Shown here: positions 17,889 to 29,079 of the stretch, piece after piece
Layout: each line of letters begins with the position of its first letter
Position numbering within the stretch: position 1 is the stretch's first letter
NCBI GenBank assembly: GCA_019057865.1
Contig: JAHLWP010000010.1
Span: 54,086 to 118,085, forward strand
DNA: 64,000 nt
Direction: 5' to 3'
From: Promethearchaeota archaeon
GTDB taxonomy: Archaea; Asgardarchaeota; Lokiarchaeia; Sigyniarchaeales; SOKP01
Notes under the pieces: generated by a model
Database searches by the model: none
What the model saw: only the letters and a program-made list of their open reading frames with translations
Told to the model about the DNA's origin: nothing
Translations under genes and position numbers: made by a program

Positions 17889-19619
17889 GTGGATATTGTA
17901 AACATGTCAAGTCCTTATAAAGACCGATTCTGGCGAAAATATTGGGACGAGGGATTAACTGATTTGGATCCTAGTTTATGGAAAATTTCATATACGGAAG
18001 CCGTGAAGGATACTATTGAAAAGTTTCCTAAGAAAATGGCGTTAGCATATCAAGGCTTAGAAATAAATTATGGTGAATTAGATAAATATTCAAATCAATT
18101 TGCTAATATGTTGATTAAACAAGGGTTTAAGAAAGGAGATGTTGTAGGAATAAACTTACCAAATATACCTGAATACGTGATTGCTCTTCTTGGTACTCTT
18201 AAAGCAGGATGCATTGTTTCTGGAGTAAGTCCACTCATGTCAGATGTCCAAATGCATTACCAATTAAATGATTTAGGAGCGGGTGAAAAAAATGTTGCTC
18301 TGGTAACTTTAGACGCAATTTTCCAGCATAGATTAAAAAATATAGAATCAAAATTGCCTCAATTGAAGTTAATAGTATGGACTAGTGTTATTGGGATTTT
18401 TCCAAAAGAACAACAAGATAAAATTCGAGCTGTTAGAGATATTCCTTCAGGAGAGGTCACTCCATTAGAGGGAAAAACTGTTCTTGACTTTCATGATGAC
18501 GTCCTAGCTCAATACTCTACTGACGTACCTAAGGTCAATGTAACTCCTGATGATATAGCATTTATTCAATATACTGGAGGAACAACAGGACCTCCTAAAG
18601 GTGCTATGTTATCACATAGAAACAGTGTTTCGGATTTGTTAATTGTCCAAAAATGGCTTAGTTGGGAAAGTGGAGCAAAAATTGCACTTTCAGGATTTCC
18701 TTTTTTCCATATCGCGGGTACATTTTTCTGTGAAAACTGTATTTATCTAGGATGGGGACAAGTGCTTATACCTGATCCTAGAGATGCCTTACATATTTGT
18801 AATGAGATTAAGAAATATAAACCAACTGCTCTTGTAAATGTGCCTTCACTATTTCAAATTTTGATTAATACACGAAAATTTAAGCGATTAGATCATTCAA
18901 GTTTAGAATTCTGCATTTCTGCTGCTTCACCATTTCCAGAAGAATCGCAGAAACAATTAGAAGGTATTATAGGTGAAGGTAAATTATTAGAAGTTTATGG
19001 AATGACCGAAACTTCTCCCCTTACTACAATGAATCCTATGAAAGGCAAGAGGAAATTAGGTTCAATAGGATTACCGTTATTAAACACGGAATTAAAAATA
19101 GTTGATCCTGATACTGGAGAAGAAGTTCCCTTAGGGGAACCAGGAGAAATATGGGTAAAAGGCCCTATGGTAATGAAAGGATATTATAATAAACCTGAAG
19201 AAACTAAAAAAGCTATTGACCAAGACGGATATATACGTACTGGAGATGTCGCGATTATGGATGATAGAGGTTACCTTAGAATTGTAGATCGTACAAAAGA
19301 TATGATAATAGTAGGGGGTTATAAGTTGTTTTCTACTAAAGTTGAAGATATATTATCTAAACATCCTGCTATTGGAATGATTGCTCTAATCGGGTTGCCA
19401 AATCCAGATAGGCCGGGTTCCGAAATTGTGAAAGCTTATATACAAATAGATCCTGAGTACGAATTTGATGGAAATGAAGATGCATTAAAAGAAAATATAA
19501 TAAAATTCGCTAAAGAGAATTGTTCCCCTTATGAAGTTCCTAAAGTAGTTGAATTTTCAAAAGAGCTCCCTCTTACTGTGGTAGGAAAGATTGATAAAAA
19601 GTTATTACGCAAAGAGTAA
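17889..19619 (+). CDS. Long-chain fatty acid-CoA ligase (AMP-binding)
   Basis: YTGGTTGPPKG, YGMTETSP, RTGD, DRTKDMI, VGKIDKK. Confidence 0.93.
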   Translation: MDIVNMSSPYKDRFWRKYWDEGLTDLDPSLWKISYTEAVKDTIEKFPKKMALAYQGLEINYGELDKYSNQFANMLIKQGFKKGDVVGINLPNIPEYVIALLGTLKAGCIVSGVSPLMSDVQMHYQLNDLGAGEKNVALVTLDAIFQHRLKNIESKLPQLKLIVWTSVIGIFPKEQQDKIRAVRDIPSGEVTPLEGKTVLDFHDDVLAQYSTDVPKVNVTPDDIAFIQYTGGTTGPPKGAMLSHRNSVSDLLIVQKWLSWESGAKIALSGFPFFHIAGTFFCENCIYLGWGQVLIPDPRDALHICNEIKKYKPTALVNVPSLFQILINTRKFKRLDHSSLEFCISAASPFPEESQKQLEGIIGEGKLLEVYGMTETSPLTTMNPMKGKRKLGSIGLPLLNTELKIVDPDTGEEVPLGEPGEIWVKGPMVMKGYYNKPEETKKAIDQDGYIRTGDVAIMDDRGYLRIVDRTKDMIIVGGYKLFSTKVEDILSKHPAIGMIALIGLPNPDRPGSEIVKAYIQIDPEYEFDGNEDALKENIIKFAKENCSPYEVPKVVEFSKELPLTVVGKIDKKLLRKE

Positions 19620-19893
19620 AAATAAATTTAAAATTCATTTTTTTTATCTTTTTAATGATTCAAGATTTAATTTGAAATAATAAGAGTATTTCACACTATA
19701 ATTCATTGAATCATTATATTATCCTAATATTTTCAAAGATATTATAAAATTACAAAATCTTAAAAACTGAATATGGTTTATAACACATAATTATCTATAG
19801 ATAATTGGCATTTAAAACACATATAAGGAATACAAAAGATTAGAAAGCATAAAAAAGAAAGGTATAAACCAAGCATAGAAAAGGTGAGAATTA

Positions 19894-20178
19894 ATGGCTA
19901 ATGATGATGACTCAAAAGTTTTTATTGGTAAGAAGAGGTCAATGAATTATGTAATGGCTGCTATGGTTGTTCTAAATGAAAAACCAGTGAGATTACTAGC
20001 TCGAGGACGATCTATATCCCGAGCAGTTGATGTAGCAGAAATTGTTATTAATAATTTTATTAAAGGAAGTACTTATGGAGAAATCATAATTGACACTGAG
20101 ACATTTACTAATGATGATGGGACTTCTAGCAACGTCTCATCAATCGACATTGAAATCTTACCACCAGAAAAGAAGTAA
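19894..20178 (+). CDS. albA: Alba DNA/RNA-binding protein
   Basis: VFIGKK..MNYV, ARGRSISRAVDVAE, SNVSSIDI; GGTGA SD upstream. Confidence 0.93.
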   Translation: MANDDDSKVFIGKKRSMNYVMAAMVVLNEKPVRLLARGRSISRAVDVAEIVINNFIKGSTYGEIIIDTETFTNDDGTSSNVSSIDIEILPPEKK

Positions 20179-20257
20179 TAATTAGTTAAAAATCTTCAGG
20201 AGAAAATCAGGAGACTTTCTCGCATCTTTTTTTTATTTTATTTTGTAGAAGGATTAA

Positions 20258-21118
20258 TTACTTAAGGACAAATTGAAATTCATCTACGTCAATTACAGAG
20301 CGATAACCAACTTTTTGATAAATACTGTTCGACGTGGGATTCATTAAGTCTTAAATAAGAAACAAAATCGATTTCCCTCTTCTAATATGTTTTTACTTAA
20401 TTTAGCTACACACTCAGTTGCATATCCCCTTCTTCTTAATTCTGGTGGAGTATAAACAAAGTTCACTAAATTTCTATTAGGTGTTTTTCCTGCTTTTTGT
20501 ACCATTGAAACTGGTTTATTATTATCTAATAATAAAAAAATTTTTCCCTTTCCTAATTGCCTTCGCTATTTTTTTTATTGATTGTTCTATCATTTCGTTG
20601 GTTCTTTCTTGAAATGCTTCTATCAAAAACTCTTTTGCCCATTGCAGAATTTTATTCTCATATAACCTTGTGGCTTTAATAAATTCATTTTTACCTAAAG
20701 TTTCTTCTGCTACACGTTCTAATTTATAAATTCTTTCATTTGTAACTAATTCAGCGCTAATCCCTTTCTTTTTACACCATTGCTTAATAAACTTTTTTGC
20801 TCCTTCTTTAAAACCCAAAACACCAGGTAATTTAATATTCTTTTTAATAAGTACATCAATTAAAACATCAATAGTTTGTAAATTATCCGTATACGATATA
20901 ATTTGGTTATGGGGAGGAGTTCTTATAGAAACTAATTTTATCTTGTCATTCTCAGTAATAGAAGTAAAAATTGGTTTATTATCTCCATATCTATATAAGT
21001 CTTCCTTTAGAGAGTTAAGAATCGAGAAAAGCAGATTATTTTCTGCTTCATACTTTAATAAAAATGGAAATACCATCTCATTAAATCGGTTGAGATCTTC
21101 ATAAAATTCTACTTTCAT
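20258..21118 (-). pseudogene. GNAT acetyltransferase with two frameshifts
   Basis: ORF continues in another frame after a homopolymer near 20540 (VYTPPELRRRGYATECV), then shifts again near 20352 (F-[T]-DLMNPTSNSIYQKVGY). Confidence 0.8.
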
Positions 21119-21262
21119 AAATACACTAGATAATTATTTTGATTTAAATTCTCTTAATCTTCTTTTAATTAACCATTCTATTTAATCAGTATAAAAAAGG
21201 AGAGTATTTTGAACTGTCATTATATTAATAAAATAAGTTTAGACATTAATAAATTATAAATA

Positions 21263-21496
21263 TTAAGATCTGCAAAATAATGTTAAACTGGACGGATTCG
21301 AAAGTGAATAAAATATGATTAGAGAAAGAAAATTGACTATTTTCCTTATAATTATACTTTTACGTGCATAAGTTAAATTTTTCTCTTGATAGCCAAGGTC
21401 TAAGGCAACTAGAGTTGAAACTAAATCTACCAGATTTAAGATTAAAAATATTCCAAATAAGATGTAATTAATAATTTTTAGTCTCATGCATATCAA
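21263..21496 (-). CDS. Small membrane protein (DUF5658-like)
   Basis: LNLVDLVSTLVALDLGYQEKN pattern, hydrophobic. Confidence 0.5.
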   Translation of the reverse strand: MICMRLKIINYILFGIFLILNLVDLVSTLVALDLGYQEKNLTYARKSIIIRKIVNFLSLIIFYSLSNPSSLTLFCRS

Positions 21497-21815
21497 TTAA
21501 ATAAATCTTTTTAAAAATATTAAAATATATAAGATTTCTGATTCTTTTTTAGTCATGATAAGGATTTAGAGTCTGTCAATTTGTAGCAAGCAAATAATTC
21601 TTCAACATTATTATTCAATTATATTCAATAGAAAACCTGAAGAAGTATAAAAGTAGTAAACGAGCAGATAAAACTTATTAATAGAAAAAGTGCAAGTATA
21701 CCTTTTATACCCTCATTTGTACTATATCTCAGAAAAACTAAACAGAGAAGTAATGTGGTACCATAAAAAAAAGAAGTTATTACACAAAAAGGATTTAACC
21801 AAGAATAACATTCAC

Positions 21816-23336
21816 TTAAAGCACTAAATGATACATCAGATATCGTTCAAATAAAAAAGTAAGTAAATAATATGGACCTAAGCAAAACAGATACCATGCT
21901 CCTAGCACAATACAAAGAGTTAAAATGTACAAAATTATTGTCTTGATTAATTTCACTATTGAAGGAAGGACTTGTCTTAATTTAAAGGTAAATGAGAAAG
22001 CAAATTTTCGAACTTTTCGCTTGAAAGAAATTTTCTTTTGTGGCATAAGAGACTGAAGAGATACAGATTCTGGAGAAAATCCATCAGGATTTGTTAAATA
22101 TATTATACCACTCTTAGTTATTATAATGTATTTAAAGGCTCTGCCATTATTATCTCTAAAAGAAGTGGATAAAAAACATCTGTTAATGAGTTCCGAAATT
22201 TTTTGTTTTATTTGCTTGTTATATTGTTTCTTATGATACTGTTTAGCTCTTTTAGATAGCTGATTAATCTCTCCTAAAAATTTTTTTGCTTGTGGAATAG
22301 AATCATATATAAAATCAGATCTTATTGCTTTTTCTGGCTGATTGTAAATAGCTCTTAATATATCAGTATTTTCTATTGTCGGTAATGGGATTATCTTTTG
22401 AGGTTTATAAGGTCTCTTTTTGTGAGAAGGGCGTGACTTTTTATAATATATACGTTTTGAAGGTCTTTTATACGATACAAAATTCGGATAATAAGTTCCC
22501 TTATAGGCAGCATTTGTATCTTCTAAATTAACTACTTTACCTTGCTTTTTATTCTCAGATCTAAGCTGAGTGAAAGTCGAGTTAATAAAAAACATTTTTG
22601 AGACCTGATCTTCATGATGACATAATGTATGATGTTCATTGTTATTATTGAATCCTGAAATGAGATTTTCCTTTGTAAAATATAATCTCAAAATATTATT
22701 ATATGAAGCACAAAAAATCAATACTTGTAAAAATTTAATCTCACCTTCAAGATAACGTCCATGATTTTTATTCTCATCAATATAATTGAATATCATAAAA
22801 TTTAAACCATCATATATAAAATCTCCTTCTTTTGGCAATTCAAAGGGCATTTTCTCTTCAAATTTTTTAATCATTTCATGATACAATGAAAAGGTAGGTT
22901 CTCGGTCAAAAAAATAATGTGTATGAAAATATTCAATAAATTTTCGAATATTTAAGAGATATTCTTTAGGTATTTCAATTAATTTGTCCCAGAATCCATC
23001 TTCTAATGCCTCATACCACACTTTTCTACCTTTAGTAGTAAATGTAAAAATAGGATACTCAATTTCATGTTGTCTGTGCCTTCTTCCTTTATCAGGTGGC
23101 TTTAATAAATCAATAGTTCTATTTCCTAATTGGATACGAGATAGATTAAAACAAGTCTGGAAGATAACGTGTTTTCTTTTATACTCTTTAAAAAGTAATC
23201 CTATGTTTTTTTTTTTAAAATCTAAAAACCCTTTCCAGCAAAAAAAGTAGAGATCAGGAGCGAAATTAAATGTAATGAGTTTTAATATTTCCTTGTTTCG
23301 TAAATTATCTAATTTATAAATTCTATCATCTATCAT
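21816..23336 (-). CDS. Hypothetical protein with C-terminal TM segment
   Basis: 506-aa ORF with hydrophobic C-terminus; no recognised motif. Confidence 0.7.
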   Translation of the reverse strand: MIDDRIYKLDNLRNKEILKLITFNFAPDLYFFCWKGFLDFKKKNIGLLFKEYKRKHVIFQTCFNLSRIQLGNRTIDLLKPPDKGRRHRQHEIEYPIFTFTTKGRKVWYEALEDGFWDKLIEIPKEYLLNIRKFIEYFHTHYFFDREPTFSLYHEMIKKFEEKMPFELPKEGDFIYDGLNFMIFNYIDENKNHGRYLEGEIKFLQVLIFCASYNNILRLYFTKENLISGFNNNNEHHTLCHHEDQVSKMFFINSTFTQLRSENKKQGKVVNLEDTNAAYKGTYYPNFVSYKRPSKRIYYKKSRPSHKKRPYKPQKIIPLPTIENTDILRAIYNQPEKAIRSDFIYDSIPQAKKFLGEINQLSKRAKQYHKKQYNKQIKQKISELINRCFLSTSFRDNNGRAFKYIIITKSGIIYLTNPDGFSPESVSLQSLMPQKKISFKRKVRKFAFSFTFKLRQVLPSIVKLIKTIILYILTLCIVLGAWYLFCLGPYYLLTFLFERYLMYHLVL

Positions 23337-23365
23337 TCTTATTTTTACTATTCAATATTAATTAT

Positions 23366-24406
23366 TTAGTCTAAATTTATTTTAATTTGAGAACTATCTT
23401 TGTAATAATAATAAATCTCAGAGAGATCTTCACACACAGTAATGAGTGAAATGTTTCTATACCGAAACTCATCACAGATCAAATCCTCAAACATCCTTTC
23501 AAGCTGGATATTAAAAAGATATTCTTTATCTCCATAGACTCCTTCTAACTGTTCCTTGGTAAGAAAATAATTCTCCTCTTCAATCCTTCTAAAATAGTCT
23601 CTGTTCATGATAAAATTTTTCCTATAGTCTTCATGAGGAGGTTTTTTTAATATCTTATCAGCGTCCTCTAAAACAATAATGCCACGAAGGACATCTGAAT
23701 TCCTAATGGGTATAAGATTTTTAATGGTTTGAAGTAGAAAAGTCACTAAAACTTTCTGGTAAAAAAGATCACATCCAGATAAATCAATACATATTGCCTT
23801 ACCCTCACTCCATAATTTTAACCATTCGGGTACTTCCAGCAGAATCTCTAATGTTCTTTCTAAAACAGGATCATTTTCGAATAAATGAATTGCTTTTTCA
23901 ATGCTTCTTATATTACTCTCTGTAAAATTATCTGAATATGGATGCTCGATTAGATTGGTCTTTAAATCCTCCAGTAAATCTACTAAGGAGCTAGGAAATT
24001 CTCCCGTCTTATAATGGTGTAGTAAACATCCCATAACAATTGTCATCTCAGGATGAAATCCAAAAATAGCGTTAATATATTCTTCAAATTGCTCTCTATT
24101 ACGTGCATCAAATTGCTCTTTGATGAAATAGGGAATTACTAAATCAGAATCTCCATACTTATACACTTTGTCAAGATGATACAGATACAAATCCTCATTC
24201 GATTTTAGCTTGATAAATAAAACTCCAATATCAGGTAATCTTACGTATAACTGGTTTAAAATGTAAGATAGTGTCGCATTCCTCTCTGCTCGGTTCTTTC
24301 CTGTAATTAAGAGGTTGTACATAAAATATCTAAGAGGAATGTTTGAAATCTCGCCTCCATTTTCATAATCCCATACCATCATACCAAGATCTATTTTTAT
24401 TGACAT
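23366..24406 (-). CDS. HerA/VirB4-like P-loop protein with degenerate Walker A
   Basis: NLLITGKNRAERN at the Walker A position, ICIDLS, IIVLEDAD (Walker B-like), EFRYRNISLITVCE. Confidence 0.6.
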   Translation of the reverse strand: MSIKIDLGMMVWDYENGGEISNIPLRYFMYNLLITGKNRAERNATLSYILNQLYVRLPDIGVLFIKLKSNEDLYLYHLDKVYKYGDSDLVIPYFIKEQFDARNREQFEEYINAIFGFHPEMTIVMGCLLHHYKTGEFPSSLVDLLEDLKTNLIEHPYSDNFTESNIRSIEKAIHLFENDPVLERTLEILLEVPEWLKLWSEGKAICIDLSGCDLFYQKVLVTFLLQTIKNLIPIRNSDVLRGIIVLEDADKILKKPPHEDYRKNFIMNRDYFRRIEEENYFLTKEQLEGVYGDKEYLFNIQLERMFEDLICDEFRYRNISLITVCEDLSEIYYYYKDSSQIKINLD

Positions 24407-24529
24407 GATTTTCGACCTTATATACTAAACTTTCGTGTCTTTAATTACTGTATTATTATTTATATTTAAAGAAAAATTAAATTCGGAATATTAAATTGAA
24501 AAATTAAAACTTCTATCATTCTTGATGGT

Positions 24530-24856
24530 TCACTTCCTTAAAAAATCATTAATCTCATCATATATCTTGACTAATTCGTTAAAGAACTCTTCATAAAAAT
24601 AATCATCCTCTCTTACATTCTCTTGTAAAAATTTGAAGGTCTTTTCTATGGTTGTTTTCAACACTTCTACTTTAATACTGTTTACTTTATTCATTTCTAA
24701 CAAAATATCGCACATTCGATTAATGACATCTCGATAACTAGGAAATTCAATACCAAATTTCAGCTTGACTTGGTCTATTTTATCCAATAGTTCCTCATTA
24801 ACTGGGATTGCCGTTCTCAATTTCTTAACTCCTCTTTTAATTGGGCAAGAATTCAT
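24530..24856 (-). CDS. Hypothetical protein, possible ribbon-helix-helix DNA binder
   Basis: TAIPVNEELLDKIDQVK...SYRDVINRM. Confidence 0.5.
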   Translation of the reverse strand: MNSCPIKRGVKKLRTAIPVNEELLDKIDQVKLKFGIEFPSYRDVINRMCDILLEMNKVNSIKVEVLKTTIEKTFKFLQENVREDDYFYEEFFNELVKIYDEINDFLRK

Positions 24857-25133
24857 TCTTTAAATTCCTGAGAGCAATTTGCTTATCTTTCTCAGATAAT
24901 TGGTCAAATTCTTCTCCAATTTTACTGTATTCATAAGGTGGGAGAGCTGTAAAGTACGAAATAACAAGTAATATACCATTTTTAACAATTTCTCTGTCTT
25001 CTTTTGTGTCCAGAATCTTCATTAGCTTTAGTAATATCTGACTCACTGAAATTATAATCGACTTGCGATTCAAACTCCTACTCTCAATATATTCAATGAT
25101 TTTCATATAGCAATTTACATCAAAATGATCCAT
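24837..25133 (-). CDS. Hypothetical protein
   Basis: 98-aa ORF with GGTGA SD upstream; overlaps the next gene. Confidence 0.55.
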   Translation of the reverse strand: MDHFDVNCYMKIIEYIESRSLNRKSIIISVSQILLKLMKILDTKEDREIVKNGILLVISYFTALPPYEYSKIGEEFDQLSEKDKQIALRNLKNEFLPN

Positions 25134-25299
25134 TATTATCTTTCTTCACCTACTATTGAAAACACCAAGATTTTTGCATATTTTTAAATGTTAAAAATCT
25201 GGGATCGTTTCATTCTCATTATGATTCTGTTCATTATTATAGATTTATTATAAATATTTAAATGTTATGATTTCATTATAAATATAGAACGATTTTGAT

Positions 25300-25497
25300 G
25301 TGATACTAAAAGTGAACGGACACCCAACTAAATACTTGTTTTATGAATCCAATAAAAAAAGCATCGTTACTGTACCACGAGCGATAATTGATGCTGCTAA
25401 TCTAAATTGGAATCATCAAGACCAAATAAATATAATCGTAAAAACTATAGATGAACAACCAGGCTTATTTCTATTTAAAAAGAAAAATAATAAATAA
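25300..25497 (+). CDS. Small AbrB/MazE-like DNA-binding protein
   Basis: SIVTVPRAIIDAANLNWNHQDQINI looped-hinge-helix pattern. Confidence 0.6.
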   Translation: MILKVNGHPTKYLFYESNKKSIVTVPRAIIDAANLNWNHQDQINIIVKTIDEQPGLFLFKKKNNK

Positions 25498-25527
25498 TAA
25501 TATTGCCTAAATTTATGATGATGTTAT

Positions 25528-26946
25528 TTGAAGGAAATGGATGAGCTTGTTCAATTTATAAAGGCTGATATAGACTTAATAAATAAAGGAATACAAAAAG
25601 ATAATCCATTGCTTTTGGATAATATTGAAAAAAATAAACATTTGTTATTTATAGAAAAAGATTTTATGATAGATTTACTCAATAAATATTGCTTTCAATC
25701 TTTACCACTGAACTATAATTATTATAAAGGCTACGTTCCTAAGGATCGGTTGGAATTATTTGAGAGTCTTTTTACTTCAGGAATAAAGAAATCCGAAATC
25801 TATAATGTTAGTTATGTAAATGGAGGTACATTTATATATTCAATGGAACAGCTTTATATTAGATTGTTCTTAACAATCTACATTGAATCTCTAATCACAT
25901 CTTTAGAAATAAAGGTTATAATTAAAAAATTATTGGATAACTGGAAATTTTTTTTGGAAGAACAAAAACTACCAGTTGAAATTTTAACATTTTTGCCTGA
26001 AGTTTTTATTGAAAAAGAAGCTGTAAAATTACCCAATAACTTTGAGATCAAAACTATTTCAAGTTTTCTACATTTTGAAAAAACAGGATCTGAATTAAGT
26101 AAAGGATTTGAAGTTTTTGGACCAATGGGCTCTTTTCTTATTTTTAAAACAGAAATTTCATGTAATCATAATTTTATAAAAGATCATCAGAAACTTAGCA
26201 ATATTGATCAAAAAATACTTATTGAAGAATGGAAAAAAAAAATGAAATCTCTTAAAGAATTAACATTTAGTCTACTTCTAGGAGGTATTAATTTTACTAA
26301 TGAATCTACAGTACTATCATTGCCTTGGTGGTTTGGAGATCAAGAACTAAAATTTAAGAGAAAAAATATAAGTATAGGGGCTATAACAATTACAGATAAA
26401 TATTTAAAACTCGTAAATGAAATCTATGAAATGGTATTAAAATTGGATATTATAAATGATAAGGAACTTGAGTTAGCACTTTTCAAATATGGTTACCTTC
26501 TTAAAAAAAAATTTTTATATGATATGATTCTAGATGAATTTATAATCCTCGAATCTATTTTTTCAAAAGGAGGGACTTCAGAAGTCTCATACCGTCTCTC
26601 ATCTAATTTAGCCTTTTTTCTTGCCGAAGACATTGAATATTTTAAGGAAATTTATAATTGTATAAAGGATCTCTATAGCATTAGAAATAAAATTGCACAC
26701 GGAGAGGATTGGACAAAAGGATTATCAAAAGAAAAATATAGAAAGCATTTAGGAATTGATGATCCTAATGCTAAAGCTGAAACAATAGCTAAAGGGATAT
26801 ATTCTAAATTGAGATATTTTATTGATGAAGTGCTGAAAAAAATAATAGAAATGAAGTATGAAAGGATTGAGGCTAGTAAAGACCCAAACATAATGAAGGA
26901 TTTTAAAGGTACCTATTTTATAGAAAATAGTAATATGTATAAATAA
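25528..26946 (+). CDS. HEPN domain protein (ApeA-like/MAE_28990 type)
   Basis: IILESIF..EVSYRLS..LAFFL..IKDLYSIRNKIAHG with Rx4H motif. Confidence 0.8.
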   Translation: MKEMDELVQFIKADIDLINKGIQKDNPLLLDNIEKNKHLLFIEKDFMIDLLNKYCFQSLPLNYNYYKGYVPKDRLELFESLFTSGIKKSEIYNVSYVNGGTFIYSMEQLYIRLFLTIYIESLITSLEIKVIIKKLLDNWKFFLEEQKLPVEILTFLPEVFIEKEAVKLPNNFEIKTISSFLHFEKTGSELSKGFEVFGPMGSFLIFKTEISCNHNFIKDHQKLSNIDQKILIEEWKKKMKSLKELTFSLLLGGINFTNESTVLSLPWWFGDQELKFKRKNISIGAITITDKYLKLVNEIYEMVLKLDIINDKELELALFKYGYLLKKKFLYDMILDEFIILESIFSKGGTSEVSYRLSSNLAFFLAEDIEYFKEIYNCIKDLYSIRNKIAHGEDWTKGLSKEKYRKHLGIDDPNAKAETIAKGIYSKLRYFIDEVLKKIIEMKYERIEASKDPNIMKDFKGTYFIENSNMYK

Positions 26947-27192
26947 CAGAAATAAAGATAATGTAAATGAATCCAGAAGCATTTAATTGCTAGGAAAGGT
27001 AAGAAATGGTCTTAATTAATGATGAAGTAATGAAAAATCCCAAAAAACAGTTTGAAAAATATATGAAAACCTATGAGACCGTTAAAAATTAATTTAAGGC
27101 TGTTGTTTCACCAAATTTAATTCATCACCAAAATTTATAAAAACTTTAATCAATTTTTAAAATATTCAAAACCAAGAGACTTAAGGATATAA

Positions 27193-28440
27193 ATGTCTGA
27201 ACAAAAAATAATTCAAGGAAAATTTTGCAAAACTAAAACAATTGGAGAAGGTAAATCGGGTAAAATTTTTGAAGTATTAGTCCTAAGAGACATTATATAC
27301 GCAAATAAAGGGGATAAATTAGCTATAAAAGAATATAAAGCTTGGGTCTTAGAAGAGCCATTCCAAACAATTAGAATTGCAAGAGAATGGACCACTGGTT
27401 CGAAAATAATATCTAATCATTTAGTAAAGACATATGAAATAATCGAAGAACAAGGAAATACCTATTTAGTGATGGAATTATTGGACGGTATTTCCTTATC
27501 CAAATATTTAGAAAATAATCCAATACTGAGTTTCCCAGAACTTATTGATATTTGTTCAGGAATTTTAGAAGGTTTACACCAACTTCATAAAAATAATTTA
27601 ATTCACAGGGATATTAAACCAGCCAATATAATGATAACAAGTAGAGGACCAGTTATTACGGATTTTGGTGTAATTAAAGATCTGAATGAATCAAATACAA
27701 TTACAGGGAGCAATCAATTTTTAGGTACAATAAAATACGCAGCTCCAGAATTATTATTTGGTAAGAGTAAAGATGATAAATCAATAAATATCTATAGTTT
27801 TGGAATGATATTATATGAATTAATTTTTAAGAAACCGTATTTTGATAAAAGCATGTATTGGAGCGAAATTATAATCCTAAAAAAAAACCCTATTACATTT
27901 CCCTTATTTTTAAATTCAGAAATATGGCGGCGTTTTGGATTTCGAGAATCACTTTTTCTATCATCAATTTTACAAGGCAGTTTAACAAAACCAGACTTAC
28001 GTTTAACTAGCGAACAATTATATACAGCATTCAGTAATAATATTTGGAAAAATTATTTTTTACATTATGTGAATTCGGATGTTATATCAATTTGGCCAGA
28101 TAATCCTGAAATATTAAAAACAAAACTTCATACATTACTTATTAAATTAGAAAAGGAAGCACCATCTGAAATTGAAGATATTATAAAAAACTTGTATTAT
28201 AACGCAGCTATAATAGAAGATTATGGATTTTACAAAATAATTGGTGTTGATGATACAGAAGGTTGGCTATATCGCTTAAGTGAATTAGGATTAATATCAG
28301 AATTAATTAATTATGAAAAAGAGTATTGGGATGAAAGAGTAGGATTTATGACTAATTTAGGATGGCAGTTTTTATTAAAATATTCCCAAGATGTTGAAAA
28401 ATTAATCCAAGACGTTAGAATCAATAGCAGTATCAAATAA
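27193..28440 (+). CDS. Hanks-type Ser/Thr protein kinase
   Basis: IGEGKSG, AIKE, HRDIKPANI, DFG, GTIKYAAPE. Confidence 0.93.
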   Translation: MSEQKIIQGKFCKTKTIGEGKSGKIFEVLVLRDIIYANKGDKLAIKEYKAWVLEEPFQTIRIAREWTTGSKIISNHLVKTYEIIEEQGNTYLVMELLDGISLSKYLENNPILSFPELIDICSGILEGLHQLHKNNLIHRDIKPANIMITSRGPVITDFGVIKDLNESNTITGSNQFLGTIKYAAPELLFGKSKDDKSINIYSFGMILYELIFKKPYFDKSMYWSEIIILKKNPITFPLFLNSEIWRRFGFRESLFLSSILQGSLTKPDLRLTSEQLYTAFSNNIWKNYFLHYVNSDVISIWPDNPEILKTKLHTLLIKLEKEAPSEIEDIIKNLYYNAAIIEDYGFYKIIGVDDTEGWLYRLSELGLISELINYEKEYWDERVGFMTNLGWQFLLKYSQDVEKLIQDVRINSSIK

Positions 28441-28658
28441 AATTGTAATAAATATTTCCAATAATCCTTAATTTCCTTAATACTTTAATTTAGAAATATC
28501 TTCGCGGACTTGTTGTGATCTATTTTTTAATCCTAATTGTTCATAAATTTCTAGGGCACTTTCGAAATTTTGAAGTTCTATGTCGATAATCTAAAGTTAT
28601 CCACGCTATTACTTGACATCTTACCTATAAATAAGCAAAAATAAGAAAATCTAAACAA

Positions 28659-28826
28659 TTAGTAAAGTGTTCTCCTTTCTAACTTATTTAACTTGATGAC
28701 ATATTCAGAACAAATTTTACATTCAGGTATCTTACATATCGCTTGATTTTTCGGCAAGATGCATGAATGAACAAATGGACATTCGAACACTATAATTTTT
28801 GGCTTATCTTTGGTTCTGCTCATCAT
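28659..28826 (-). CDS. Small Cys-rich protein (55 aa)
   Basis: Hand translation: MMSRTKDKPKIIVFECPFVHSCILPKNQAICKIPECKICSEYVIKLNKLERRTLY. Confidence 0.55.
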   Translation of the reverse strand: MMSRTKDKPKIIVFECPFVHSCILPKNQAICKIPECKICSEYVIKLNKLERRTLY

Positions 28827-29079
28827 TACTAATGATATTTGTTAAATTATATAAATAAAAAACGAGTGTTTGAATTTTAAAAAAAGAGGAGGGGAACAAT
28901 TTAATAATTAATCGTCCTGGTATTGACTTTTTTTATTTAAATGATAATAATAATTGGCTAGGTAAAGAAAAATGTGAGAGTCACTCTCAATAACTAGTTA
29001 ATAAATGCCTCATCATTTAAATAGTCGAAATCTCATGTCTAGGCTAGAGAGAAAAATTATTTTAGAGAGGAAATAAAGG

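Noticed and set aside
20340-20545. GNAT frameshifts as introns or programmed frameshifting
   Set aside because: Single-base indels, one in a homopolymer, with no hairpin insert; decay or sequencing error
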